DNA of 26,747 bases from a virus (taxonomy: Duplodnaviria > Caudoviricetes). Location of the stretch: positions 1 to 26,747 of IMG/VR virus record IMGVR_UViG_3300027689_000468, one strand, 5' to 3'. Of the stretch, positions 7,648-16,591 are shown one piece after another; the stretch's first letter is position 1; each line of letters begins with the position of its first letter. Below the pieces are notes generated by a model. The model was not told the DNA's origin and did no database searches. It worked only from the letters and a program-made list of their open reading frames with translations. The translations under genes were made by a program, and so were the position numbers.

Positions 7648-7873
7648 CGCCTTCTCCCTCGATCTCAGCTCGTTCCTTCGGAATAGTGCCGCCCCAGATA
7701 CCGATCCTCAACGTGGGTGAGGCTTCGTGTTCGAGGGCGTATTCCAGGCACTCCTGCCTTACTGGGCAGCTGGCGCATAGCGAGAGGGCCGTGTCTCTTT
7801 CCCCCACCGTCCTACGGTTGAAGAAGATCGCGACGCCGATCCCACGGCAGGCTGCATCCAGTTTCCATTCCAC
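7634..7873 (-). CDS. whiB: WhiB family Fe-S transcription regulator
   Basis: W...AAC, FF, CxxCPVRQEC and GIWGG; all four Cys ligands present. Confidence 0.95.
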   Translation of the reverse strand: MEWKLDAACRGIGVAIFFNRRTVGERDTALSLCASCPVRQECLEYALEHEASPTLRIGIWGGTIPKERAEIEGEGDVEP

Positions 7874-7879
7874 TCCTGA

Positions 7880-7900
7880 ATCAGTGCCTCAGACCGGGCA
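7880..7900 (-). promoter_or_regulatory. Conserved motif copy 2: TGCCC-ggtctg-AGGCACTGAT, then 6 nt, then GTG of whiB
   Basis: Fills the 30-bp lysin/whiB intergenic gap and heads the whole replication and regulation gene block. Confidence 0.75.
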
Positions 7901-7903
7901 CAC

Positions 7904-8455
7904 TCAGAGCTTGTAGAGATCCTTGATGACCTTGATTTGCAGCTCGATCTGTGCCCGCTGAGCTTCCAGGGCAGTGAGATCCTTCTTGGCTTTTGCCAGG
8001 GCTGTTGCCTGGTTGCGTGCCGAGGGCGTGGTCTTCTTCTTGGGCATTGTGGCTCCGAAGGCTTTTCCGTCCGTATCCCCAAGCTTGGTGAAGCTGACGT
8101 GGATGTGGGAAAAGTGCGGGTTTGAGCCCAGGTACGGACGCCACTTCCATCCGAGGATCGGTGAGGCGATACGCTTGTTATGGATCACGTAGGCGATACG
8201 CTTCTCACCCATTTTGGCGAGAATGCGCAGAGACTCGGCGAGCTCCTGGCTGTCGATCCCTTTGCCCAGGTCGGAGTCGATGTCCAGGGCGCGCACATAC
8301 CCAGTCTTTGGGTCTGGGTTGTGGTCGCTCTTGTTCTTCTTGTGTGCGGCGTTTCCGATCCAGCCGTCACTTGCCTTGTCCCGGTTCGGGTAGGCCGTGT
8401 TGACCTGTGTACGCAGCTTGACTCCGGCGGCGCAGAGCTTACTCTTGGGTGTCAT
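7904..8455 (-). CDS. Putative endolysin, Zn-peptidase (M15/LAS-like) with a C-terminal coiled coil
   Basis: SDGWIG...H...SDHNPD...RALDID and NPH..HIHVSF motifs. Located after the tail genes and a membrane protein. Confidence 0.7.
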   Translation of the reverse strand: MTPKSKLCAAGVKLRTQVNTAYPNRDKASDGWIGNAAHKKNKSDHNPDPKTGYVRALDIDSDLGKGIDSQELAESLRILAKMGEKRIAYVIHNKRIASPILGWKWRPYLGSNPHFSHIHVSFTKLGDTDGKAFGATMPKKKTTPSARNQATALAKAKKDLTALEAQRAQIELQIKVIKDLYKL

Positions 8456-8591
8456 TCTCTCTCCTCAGTTCTTTCTTGGCTTGCCTTCGTGAGTAGTGCT
8501 TGCGGTTGGGCACGGGCGAGGAGGCCGAAGATCGGCGAAGCTCCATAAGCCGGCGCAGCTCCTCAGCGCTCTTCTTGCCAGGTCGAATCAT
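8439..8591 (-). CDS. Small basic hypothetical protein (50 aa)
   Basis: MIRPGKKSAEELRRLMELRRSS...; purine-rich sequence upstream of the ATG at 8591; bridges the lysis genes. Confidence 0.55.
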   Translation of the reverse strand: MIRPGKKSAEELRRLMELRRSSASSPVPNRKHYSRRQAKKELRRENDTQE

Positions 8592-8865
8592 CGTTCTCTT
8601 CTTCCCGCTGGTGCCAGGCACGGTGCTGTTGAAGATCCTCCTCGACCCGGTTGACCGACTGACTCATACCGTCCAGGGACTGCGAGATCTCGTCAATGAC
8701 CTCGATGAGACGCTTCTGACCGCCCTGGCGGTGATTGACCGCAGCATTGACCTGCTCCATAGGCTTGATCAGCTGAGAGGTTCGACGCCAAGCAGCAGCT
8801 GCCATAATCGTCGGTGGGGTCGCTCCGATAGCAGCGATCAGAATCTGTGCTACGAGATCGCTCAC
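8563..8865 (-). CDS. Membrane protein of the lysis cassette (holin-like/DUF2746-like)
   Basis: N-terminal hydrophobic helix followed by a coiled coil ending in H..WH. GAGGTG RBS; lies between tail and lysin. Confidence 0.6.
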   Translation of the reverse strand: MSDLVAQILIAAIGATPPTIMAAAAWRRTSQLIKPMEQVNAAVNHRQGGQKRLIEVIDEISQSLDGMSQSVNRVEEDLQQHRAWHQREEENDDSTWQEER

Positions 8866-11381
8866 GTTAGTGCCACCTCGTAATGGTATGCGCCATTTAT
8901 GTTTCCGATTGCGCCCGGTCCGGACTCAGATGCGCTGAACCTGATTTGGTTTGCTGAGGTCTCAAACGGTACGCCCATTTGGTCGTACCCGTTCACGGCG
9001 CGAATCGTGTCTGTGTAGAGATAGACCGTGGTGGTCAGATTGAACGACGCCAATGCCAGGCGTGGCGTGCCAGCGTCGTCGCGAATGCAGGTAAAGAGAT
9101 GATGACCGGACGAGCTTATGTTGTAGGCGAATGGCTTGTAGACTGCCGGCGATCCGGTATCGAACCGAATGCCCGTGAGATACGAAGTGGTTGTGCCGTT
9201 AGTGAAGTCGAAGAAGTTCAGCTGCACTTGGTTTGGGCTGCTGACTGTGTAGCGCGTGTACCACCAGAAGCCAGTTGGGGTGACCTGTGAATCCCAGATG
9301 TCAAAGACGTTTCCACTTGTAATCACGATTGTCGATGTCTTGTACGTCCAGGAGAAGTTTCCCGTATCGCCGCTGTTCTTGACGTGGAATCTGAATCCCA
9401 CTGTTTCCGGATCGTCGTACTGCATAACGAGCTTGCCTCTTCCGGCCCGCATCGCCAGCGTGCCAGCCGGCGTGGCAACTGTTAGGGCTGTGCCAAGATT
9501 ACCTCTGGCAACTGGAACCGAGTCTGCAACTGTCATAGACCAGAACGGCCCGCCTACTGGCGCAGTAGCTCCTGATGAGTAGATCCAGATCGTGCCATTG
9601 CTGTGGTCGTAAGCTATGTCCTCAATGTCAGTGGTAGTGGTGAAGATCGTAGTCCATACTCCGGTCGAGGGGTTTCTTGAATAGATGTTGCTTGTCGTGG
9701 CAAGTATGATGCGGCCGTCAGAGAAGAGAAAAGGTGTGTATCCCGAAGGGCCGACCGGCGAAGCACCCAGATTGAAAGAAGAGGCAAGGTTTCGACTGAA
9801 TCCGGCGAAACTGGTAGGGGTGCCGGCCCAGTCAACTCCAACGATTGCATCCGAGCCTTGCCCCAGAAGTCCAGCCGCGTCGTAGATTACTGTTCGCAGC
9901 CCAGCCGACTGGTTTGTGGTGAATGGGTTTGGGAGATTGTCCGTCCGTAGAGGGAAGCCGGTTCCAAGAACTCCAACTGGTTGATTGATTGGCGTGATTG
10001 CGCCAGATCTGGCTGTGATACCCACGGCGACGAAGAGATCCGGAGTAGCTGGGTTGTTGTCGTGATCGACGGTAGCGATAAGAATCTCGTCGTCAGCTCC
10101 GAGATAGACACCGGTTCCATTTGTGAACTCGATTGGGTCGACCGGGTCGTATGCTGGCGCGTCTGCTGTTCCCGTGCCTGTTGTCGGATCGTAAGAAAGA
10201 ACCGTGGCGTCTTCCAGCACTGCGCCGCCCGCGACCATTCCGTATCCATTCAGGTCGATTGAGGCAGCTGTTGCGTCGGCGGACCCGCTTGCGGTCTTGG
10301 CTTCCTGCCGGGCGATCAGGCGACGAAGGCGCTCTTCGAGAGCAGCCTTGACATTTCCCAGCTCAGGGATGATGCGTACGCCGGCGACGTCTTCTTCTGA
10401 CATTGTGATAGCTCGGACGCGATAGCTTTCCCGGGTGCCGTCTTCGTCTGCGAGGACGATCCAGTCGCCGATAAAGAAGTCGATGTACGGCTGCGGGCCT
10501 TCTTCTGCCAGCTCGACCGTAGCCCCGATGTTTGGCGTTTCGAGGTTGTCGAGAGTACGGGTAATGGCCTTATCCGCAGTGAGAGCTTGCTGAACGTTCG
10601 AGAGAGATAGGAAGCTCTCTTGGCGACCGTTTGAAGTTATGCTTCCTGCGCGCTCGTCGACCAGCACCAGGTTGTCTGAGGAGTATTGAGTCAGAAGGGC
10701 GTTCCGGATTGGTCCCTCAACGGTGCGCTCATAGTTCTTGACAGTCTGACCAACGCGTAGCACGACCGGATTCTCACCAGCCGTCCTGTCAGCTCCGCGC
10801 TCGATGTAGTAGTTGACTGAGAGGTCAGGCTTGACCCAGACGTCGACCGCGATCTCTTGGTGTCGATTAGCGATGTCGTTGAGATTGGTTCCGATCTTCT
10901 CGTCGATCGTGATTGTCTGATCGCCCGTGAAAGCCGTGCCGCCGCTGTCCAGGGTGTTTGTGAAGGTGATACTCATACCTTCCAGCGCACCACGTAGCTG
11001 AGCCTCGTCGAAAAGCTCCTTCATGATCAGCCCAACGGTGCTGGTTGCCCAGGCGCGGTCCGTGCCGTAGATGATCGCCCCTTCCAGCATTGAGCGAACT
11101 CCGCGACCACTGACCTGCACAACGTCTTCGGTATCTGTGTGGTTTCTCTTGATCTGCTCGATCACGCCGGCGAAAACGTAGTCGTCCGAGCTGCTGCCGT
11201 AGCTAAACTTGATGATTCGCCCGATCTCGACGGCACCCGACCATTCCAGCGGTAGACTCAGAGAGAATGATCCGTCCCCACTCAGCTCGTCGACGAACTG
11301 CTTGTTGAAAGAGTTTGTCAGCTGACCCATACTGGTAGTGCCGGTACGGTCGAAAAGCACTGCGCTGAGGAAGGTTGTCAT
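8862..11381 (-). CDS. Minor tail protein: siphovirus hub/Tal-like N-terminus plus putative receptor-binding beta-rich C-terminus
   Basis: Follows Dit. ELSGDGSFSL, FAGVIEQ, VSGRG and DFFIGDWI hub motifs, a short coiled coil, then a T/S/G/aromatic-rich region. Confidence 0.8.
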   Translation of the reverse strand: MTTFLSAVLFDRTGTTSMGQLTNSFNKQFVDELSGDGSFSLSLPLEWSGAVEIGRIIKFSYGSSSDDYVFAGVIEQIKRNHTDTEDVVQVSGRGVRSMLEGAIIYGTDRAWATSTVGLIMKELFDEAQLRGALEGMSITFTNTLDSGGTAFTGDQTITIDEKIGTNLNDIANRHQEIAVDVWVKPDLSVNYYIERGADRTAGENPVVLRVGQTVKNYERTVEGPIRNALLTQYSSDNLVLVDERAGSITSNGRQESFLSLSNVQQALTADKAITRTLDNLETPNIGATVELAEEGPQPYIDFFIGDWIVLADEDGTRESYRVRAITMSEEDVAGVRIIPELGNVKAALEERLRRLIARQEAKTASGSADATAASIDLNGYGMVAGGAVLEDATVLSYDPTTGTGTADAPAYDPVDPIEFTNGTGVYLGADDEILIATVDHDNNPATPDLFVAVGITARSGAITPINQPVGVLGTGFPLRTDNLPNPFTTNQSAGLRTVIYDAAGLLGQGSDAIVGVDWAGTPTSFAGFSRNLASSFNLGASPVGPSGYTPFLFSDGRIILATTSNIYSRNPSTGVWTTIFTTTTDIEDIAYDHSNGTIWIYSSGATAPVGGPFWSMTVADSVPVARGNLGTALTVATPAGTLAMRAGRGKLVMQYDDPETVGFRFHVKNSGDTGNFSWTYKTSTIVITSGNVFDIWDSQVTPTGFWWYTRYTVSSPNQVQLNFFDFTNGTTTSYLTGIRFDTGSPAVYKPFAYNISSSGHHLFTCIRDDAGTPRLALASFNLTTTVYLYTDTIRAVNGYDQMGVPFETSANQIRFSASESGPGAIGNINGAYHYEVALT

Positions 11382-12196
11382 AAGTAGACCGCCCTGAATG
11401 AGATCGTCATTGTGACGCTCGATCCACCAGGGCGAAGAACGCGCAGCTCGTTAGCCCCAGGTTGAAGCGGTAGCCAGAAAGGAGTGTTCTCGGTCTGGAC
11501 CCTGCCTGATACGTTTGTTGCTCCGTCGTAAGCTGTGAGGAGTGCTGTGTTTACGGTCAGGCCTGTGGTGATTGCGTTCGGGTAAGAGAGAGTCTGCTGC
11601 CAGGTGTTGTTTGTGACTGTCAGGCTGTTTGCAGCCCCAGGTATGGAGTAGCTCACCGAGATCACTTCGCCGGCGCCTGGAACGTTGATCGTAAAAGTAG
11701 TATCGTCGTCTACTGTTTGAGTGATCACCGTGTTGGCAGTGTCACGCAGAACTCCGGCTGGAATCTCAATGGTCAGCACTGCCCGAGCTGTGTTTGGTCC
11801 GATTGGGGTGATGTCCAGCTTAGGGCTCGTCTGAACGGAAGCCTCGACATTTCCGGCCGCCCGGTGGTATGTCAGCAGCCTGGCTGCTGAGAAGCTCGGT
11901 AGATACAGAGCTGCTTTCAACCGAGTTATGTTCTCGATCAGACCTTGCCGTGGATCTGCGTAAGGGTTGTTCTCTGGATCCCGGTCACCGAAGATCACGA
12001 TTGGGATGTTGACGATCTTGGAGTCACGGACCTTTGGTCGGAAAAGGGCACCAGGGCGACGAGGAATGACCAGATTCTCTCCGCGATTTTCAGGACCGTC
12101 GTTGAGCTCCGTCAGATCGGTTGCGATCCAGGCGGGCGTTGCCAATGGGACGCCGTCAATGTCGACGTATTCGGTTGCTGTGATTGAGTAAGTCAC
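11378..12196 (-). CDS. Distal tail (Dit-like) protein
   Basis: Directly after the tape measure; C-terminal WLPLQPGANEL motif. Confidence 0.8.
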   Translation of the reverse strand: MTYSITATEYVDIDGVPLATPAWIATDLTELNDGPENRGENLVIPRRPGALFRPKVRDSKIVNIPIVIFGDRDPENNPYADPRQGLIENITRLKAALYLPSFSAARLLTYHRAAGNVEASVQTSPKLDITPIGPNTARAVLTIEIPAGVLRDTANTVITQTVDDDTTFTINVPGAGEVISVSYSIPGAANSLTVTNNTWQQTLSYPNAITTGLTVNTALLTAYDGATNVSGRVQTENTPFWLPLQPGANELRVLRPGGSSVTMTISFRAVYL

Positions 12197-14901
12197 GATG
12201 AGCTCCTCAGTAGGTTGGAACGCCGAAGAGCTGCCGGGATTGATGCCGAGGAGGTCTCAGCGACTGGGTTGTAGACGTTCACTGTGTAGTTAGCGCCGTT
12301 GCCGCCAAGCATCCCGCCAAGAACGTTATTTGGAAGAACCGTCCCCGAGGTCTTGGGAACTACGATCTCGGGACCAAGCTCACCGACCAGGTAAGGCTTG
12401 CCTGCGGTCATTGGACCGCCCTCGGCAAGACCAGGCAAGCTACTGATCGCCCCGCCGATTGCGCTGCCGATCTTGACGACCGTGCTGAATCCTTTGAGGT
12501 TGAGCAGCTTGTTGATCGCATTCGCGATACCTGTGACCATTGTGTTGAAGAAGTTCAGGATCGATTTGACTACGTTCTGAGCGCTTGTCCGGAGGTTGCT
12601 GAGGAATGTGATCGCCTTCGAGATTCCGGAAGCGAAGCCACCGGCGATACCCGAGGTCACCCCTCCGAAGATCCGCTTGATGAAGTCCACTGCCGCACGT
12701 GCGCCGTCTTTGATTCGATCCCAGTTCTTTGTGATCAGCATTACTGCCGGCCCAAACGGCCCAGCAAGAATCGCCGCCAGCAGCTGCCAGTTTCGTTTGA
12801 TAAAGTCGACTGCGTACCCAATGCCGTTCTTGATAGCCTCGATTGCTTTCAGGGAGACTTCCTTGACCTTGTCCCAGTTCTGAATCAGCAGGACGATCGC
12901 TGTGATGATCAGACCGATACCGACGGCTGCGAGAGCTACCCGAAGAACGCCAGCTGCGATTGCTGCACCAGTCTGAGTAGCCGCCATTGCGGTGAAGGCG
13001 GTGATAAGCTGACCAACGCCAACGAGCACCGGACCGACTGCGGCAGCCACGCCTGCAAGTACGAGGATTGTGGTCTGCACCCCAGACGGCAGGCTGGTGA
13101 AGACATTGATGATTTTCTCCAAGAGAGGCAAGACGGTGCTGATCGCCTTTTCCAGTACCGGGAAGAGCTTCGCTCCGATCGGCTGCAAGGCGATACCCAA
13201 GCGGTTGCGGAAGATCTCGACCTGGTCAGGGAAGTCGACCGTAGCTGCGAAAGCTGTTGCGATTGACTCAGTGCCGAACTCGATCTCTTTTGCCAGGGCG
13301 GTGAAGTCGAATGCTCCGGCTTCCAGGCCTTGAAGAACTTCAAGAGCCGAACGGCCGAAGAGCTTCTTGGCTTCTGCGTTTGCAGCCGCTTCGTTTCCTT
13401 CGGCGCTGAGCTTCTTGATGTTGTCAATGCTTTCGAGTACGAACTCACCGATACTCTTGCCGCTCTTCTTGGCGGAGTTGGCAAGCTGTGCCTGCGAGTC
13501 CGCGACTGTTGCGTTGTTGGTCTCGATCTCACGTTGTAGAGCTGCGACCTTGTTCTGAGCTTCCAGTAGGTCGGCCCCGGATGCGCCAGATGTGCTGGGA
13601 CCAGCTGAGATCTCGACTTGTAGCTTATTGATCTCGTCTTGGATCTTCTTGACGGCGGCCTGAGCGGTTGCGAGTGAGGAGCCTGAGGCGACCTTCAACT
13701 CGACCGGCTTAGCGATCTCGGTTTTGAGACCGCTGATTTCGCTGGCAACTTTCTCAACGCGCAGACGTGCGTCGGCGATCGCCGAGGCGGTGGCCTTTGG
13801 ATCCGCGAGCTTCTCATTCAGCTTCTGCTGGACGACCGTCAGTTCTTGGGTCTTCAACCGTAGCTTCTCGGTCAGCTTGACCTTTTGCTCAGCGGCGTTG
13901 GCCGGTGCAGATCCAGTCGAAAGCGTGTTCAACTTCTCAGTGGCAAGCGTGAGCTGCTGCTGCTTCTCGGTCAGCTTCTCTTGTAGCTTAGCGATCTTCT
14001 CTTGTTCTTTTGCGTATTCTTTCGAGCCAGCGGTTCCCTTGCTCTGCAAGTCTTGTAGGCGCAGCTGCGCTACTTTGAGATCCTCGACGGCTTTCAGGTT
14101 TGCGCTGTTCGCCTTTTCAAGCTCCTTTGTAGCCTTCTCGGCATCCTTGTCGCCGCTGACCGCAGTCAGGTATGCCTTGCGGAGACCTACGAGTACCTGG
14201 GTTGAGTTGAAGCCGGCCTTTTCGAGCTGACCGATAAACGCGACGCTGTTGGTGAATGAGAAGCCGAGCTCGGTCAGGATTCCCGCATTGGCTTCCAACT
14301 TGGAGGTAAGCTCCCCAATAGAAACGCCTGTGTCCTGGGAGGCCCGGAGCAGCTGATCGAGGCTGCCGACCAACTTGTCAGACGGAATCTTGAAACGCTT
14401 TGCTGTGTCGGCGAAGGACTTTTCGTCGAGGGCTGTGCCTGTCAGCTTTTTCAGCTGCAAGAAGGCGGTCGATAGATCTTCGAGCGGCTTGCCAGCGAGG
14501 CCTTCGAACTCGACGCTGAGCTTTGAGATGTTGTCGGCGACCTCTTGGAAGCTTGCCGGTACGCCGGCCGCGACGTTCTTGAATGAGGTCTGCAACTTCT
14601 CCGCAGCCTCCCCGGTCAGGCCGGTCTTGACTCGGATCGTATCGAATGCTTCGTCGACTTTCAGGGCGTTCGCGACCAGCAGGCCGAAGCCAGCTACGAT
14701 CGGCGCTGTGACTGTTTTTGAGAGGTTCTTGCCGGTCTTGGTGAATCCTTCACCCAGGCGCTTGCCCAGAGATTCACCAGCCTTCTCACCGGCGTCTCCG
14801 ACGTTTTTGTCAAGGTCGAAGCCGAGCTTGGAGGCGAAGTCTTGGACGAGCTTGGGTGCGATAAGCACATTGAGGATACCAGCCTCGATACCTGCCATCA
14901 C
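12193..14901 (-). CDS. Tail tape measure protein
   Basis: 902 aa, helical and Ala/Lys-rich. DTIRVKTGLTG, hydrophobic segments, NWD repeats, and C-terminal AEGGP...YLVGELGPE. Confidence 0.95.
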   Translation of the reverse strand: MMAGIEAGILNVLIAPKLVQDFASKLGFDLDKNVGDAGEKAGESLGKRLGEGFTKTGKNLSKTVTAPIVAGFGLLVANALKVDEAFDTIRVKTGLTGEAAEKLQTSFKNVAAGVPASFQEVADNISKLSVEFEGLAGKPLEDLSTAFLQLKKLTGTALDEKSFADTAKRFKIPSDKLVGSLDQLLRASQDTGVSIGELTSKLEANAGILTELGFSFTNSVAFIGQLEKAGFNSTQVLVGLRKAYLTAVSGDKDAEKATKELEKANSANLKAVEDLKVAQLRLQDLQSKGTAGSKEYAKEQEKIAKLQEKLTEKQQQLTLATEKLNTLSTGSAPANAAEQKVKLTEKLRLKTQELTVVQQKLNEKLADPKATASAIADARLRVEKVASEISGLKTEIAKPVELKVASGSSLATAQAAVKKIQDEINKLQVEISAGPSTSGASGADLLEAQNKVAALQREIETNNATVADSQAQLANSAKKSGKSIGEFVLESIDNIKKLSAEGNEAAANAEAKKLFGRSALEVLQGLEAGAFDFTALAKEIEFGTESIATAFAATVDFPDQVEIFRNRLGIALQPIGAKLFPVLEKAISTVLPLLEKIINVFTSLPSGVQTTILVLAGVAAAVGPVLVGVGQLITAFTAMAATQTGAAIAAGVLRVALAAVGIGLIITAIVLLIQNWDKVKEVSLKAIEAIKNGIGYAVDFIKRNWQLLAAILAGPFGPAVMLITKNWDRIKDGARAAVDFIKRIFGGVTSGIAGGFASGISKAITFLSNLRTSAQNVVKSILNFFNTMVTGIANAINKLLNLKGFSTVVKIGSAIGGAISSLPGLAEGGPMTAGKPYLVGELGPEIVVPKTSGTVLPNNVLGGMLGGNGANYTVNVYNPVAETSSASIPAALRRSNLLRSSS

Positions 14902-15323
14902 TCACCATCCTGCGTCTTGGGGGCTGGTCGCCGTACTGCCAGCCCATTGCTGAGCATCTCTCCGATAGAAGTGCTTCGTTTTGCCTCTTTTTCAGCCTTG
15001 TCCCACGGTCGCGGAATGCGAAGTGGTTTTGATTTGGTTCCGCCAGGCTTTGAATGCGCCTGGACGTAGACGCGGAGAAAGGAGTCGAGAATCTCGATCG
15101 TTGCTGCTTGCAGCTCGTTGTCGGTTGTCCAGCTTGTCCCAGCTGAACGCCAGAGAGCGGCCTCCGGTGGAAGCCAGCGGATCATTGATGCTACTTCGCG
15201 AGCAGCGAGAGCTTCTTGTCCCCAGAGATCGTGTTTCAGGCTCCTGCCGTAGAACCTACGCCAGTCCGCCTCGGCCGCCCCGTAGTGTTGATTTACGAGA
15301 TGGCCGAGGCCGATTAGTTTCCC
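14898..15323 (-). CDS. Tail assembly chaperone -1 frameshift extension (gpT-like)
   Basis: The -1 frame from GGGAAAC reads KLIGLGHLVNQHYGAAEADWRRFYG...REVASMIRWLPPE without a stop into the 14898-15185 ORF. Confidence 0.85.
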   Translation of the reverse strand, partial: GKLIGLGHLVNQHYGAAEADWRRFYGRSLKHDLWGQEALAAREVASMIRWLPPEAALWRSAGTSWTTDNELQAATIEILDSFLRVYVQAHSKPGGTKSKPLRIPRPWDKAEKEAKRSTSIGEMLSNGLAVRRPAPKTQDGE

Positions 15324-15601
15324 GAATCGGTTGAGTAGACGGTAGCTATGTTCTCGATAAGAACGGTCATGTCAGCCACTGAGACACCTGTCGCTTCGAA
15401 CGCAGCCCACTGTTCACCCAGCAGGGACTTGACGGCGCCAACGATGTCGTTTGTGTTCTGAGAGGACGCGGCCTCAACGATGCTCCACGGTAGTTCAATG
15501 GGAAGGGTGTATTCCGCCCCACCGAACTTGATGACCGGTGCCTCAGCTTGCGCCTCAGCCCGTGCCGCCCGTGCCGCATCGAGATCGATGATGCGGCTCA
15601 T
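15314..15601 (-). CDS. Tail assembly chaperone (gpG-like)
   Basis: Between major tail and tape measure; IDLDAARAARAEA...LLGEQW; ends in a slippery site. Confidence 0.88.
   Translation of the reverse strand: MSRIIDLDAARAARAEAQAEAPVIKFGGAEYTLPIELPWSIVEAASSQNTNDIVGAVKSLLGEQWAAFEATGVSVADMTVLIENIATVYSTDSGN
15317..15323 (-). other. Programmed -1 frameshift slippery heptamer G GGA AAC
   Basis: X XXY YYZ pattern immediately before the TAA of the chaperone gene. Confidence 0.88.
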
Positions 15602-15604
15602 TGA

Positions 15605-16168
15605 CTACGCTCCTGTGTCGAACGCGTCGTCGTCGGTTAGCAGGTACCAAGAATCGGTGCCTTCTGCTCCGAGGACTGACAGAGTGATCGGTAGATCAGC
15701 TGCTGCGTTGCGAACGATCTGAGTCTCGACTGCGTCAGTGACTACTGCGCGTCGGACGACCAGACGGTAGTTCTTGCTGCCGTCGTTCCACTCGACCACT
15801 ACTGCGTGCTCAGCGAGAGCATCTCCGTTTTGCGGTGGGTAGAAGAGGAAGTTTCCACCCGACTCATCGAAGGTTCCGCCTCCAAGAGCCAGGTTGAATG
15901 TGTCTGCGTTCCATTGACGGCAAGTAAATGAGAGGTCAGCTGTGCGACCGGTCACAACCTTGCGAATCGGTAGAAGTGACTGAAAAGCGTTGATGTCTTC
16001 AACTGTCACGCCGAAAGAAGCAGAAACGCCGTCCTCCGAGATGTAGCCAAGATCCTTGTAAGCTGCGTTGAGTGCGGCTGTTGGTGTGTTGGGTTCGGTT
16101 GTGCCGACCGGCGCGATGTAGATCTTGCCGCCTGAGCCAACTACGACCTCTGATGCGTTTGCTGCCAT
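15605..16168 (-). CDS. Major tail (tube) protein
   Basis: IYIAPVGT..P, DLGYISEDGV; strong AGGAGA RBS. Confidence 0.92.
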   Translation of the reverse strand: MAANASEVVVGSGGKIYIAPVGTTEPNTPTAALNAAYKDLGYISEDGVSASFGVTVEDINAFQSLLPIRKVVTGRTADLSFTCRQWNADTFNLALGGGTFDESGGNFLFYPPQNGDALAEHAVVVEWNDGSKNYRLVVRRAVVTDAVETQIVRNAAADLPITLSVLGAEGTDSWYLLTDDDAFDTGA

Positions 16169-16180
16169 TGTGTGTGTCTC

Positions 16181-16591
16181 CTATGGGTTTGGGTGAATGT
16201 GCCCTACGAAGCCAGCGAGGTATCTCGGCGTCTTCGTAGCTGGGTCCGGCGACCAAGATAGACCAGTCTCCTGAGTCATCGAGTTCACCACCCCTTCATC
16301 GAAGAGTGCCCCTTCGACGTCGTTCTCCAAGACAGAGCAGGCTTCCGCTATGAGGTCGAAGGCTTCCATTTTGCTCGTGCCCCAGGCTTCGATCGTGACT
16401 CGAACGGAGTGCAGCCAGCCTCGGACCTGCGGCGATCCGCCTGAAAGGGTGACTCGGATTCTTGGTAGCTGGGCGTCAGGCGGGAGCTCCGTTGAGGCGC
16501 AGTTGGCGCCAGCTATGGTCTCGATTGCCGCGCTGTCGTTCAGAACCTGAACTACGATAGCTTCGAAGTCTGGAATCTTGCCGTATGTCAT
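16181..16591 (-). CDS. Tail terminator protein
   Basis: Position before the major tail gene; TELP...LPRIRV..GG, VTIEAWG, PDP.T..PRY. Confidence 0.8.
   Translation of the reverse strand: MTYGKIPDFEAIVVQVLNDSAAIETIAGANCASTELPPDAQLPRIRVTLSGGSPQVRGWLHSVRVTIEAWGTSKMEAFDLIAEACSVLENDVEGALFDEGVVNSMTQETGLSWSPDPATKTPRYLAGFVGHIHPNP

Noticed and set aside
7746-7755. Plus-strand AGGCACTCCT matching the core motif inside whiB
   Set aside because: It has no TGCCC arm and no purine or start codon at the expected position. About one chance hit of an 8-base pattern is expected in a window this size.
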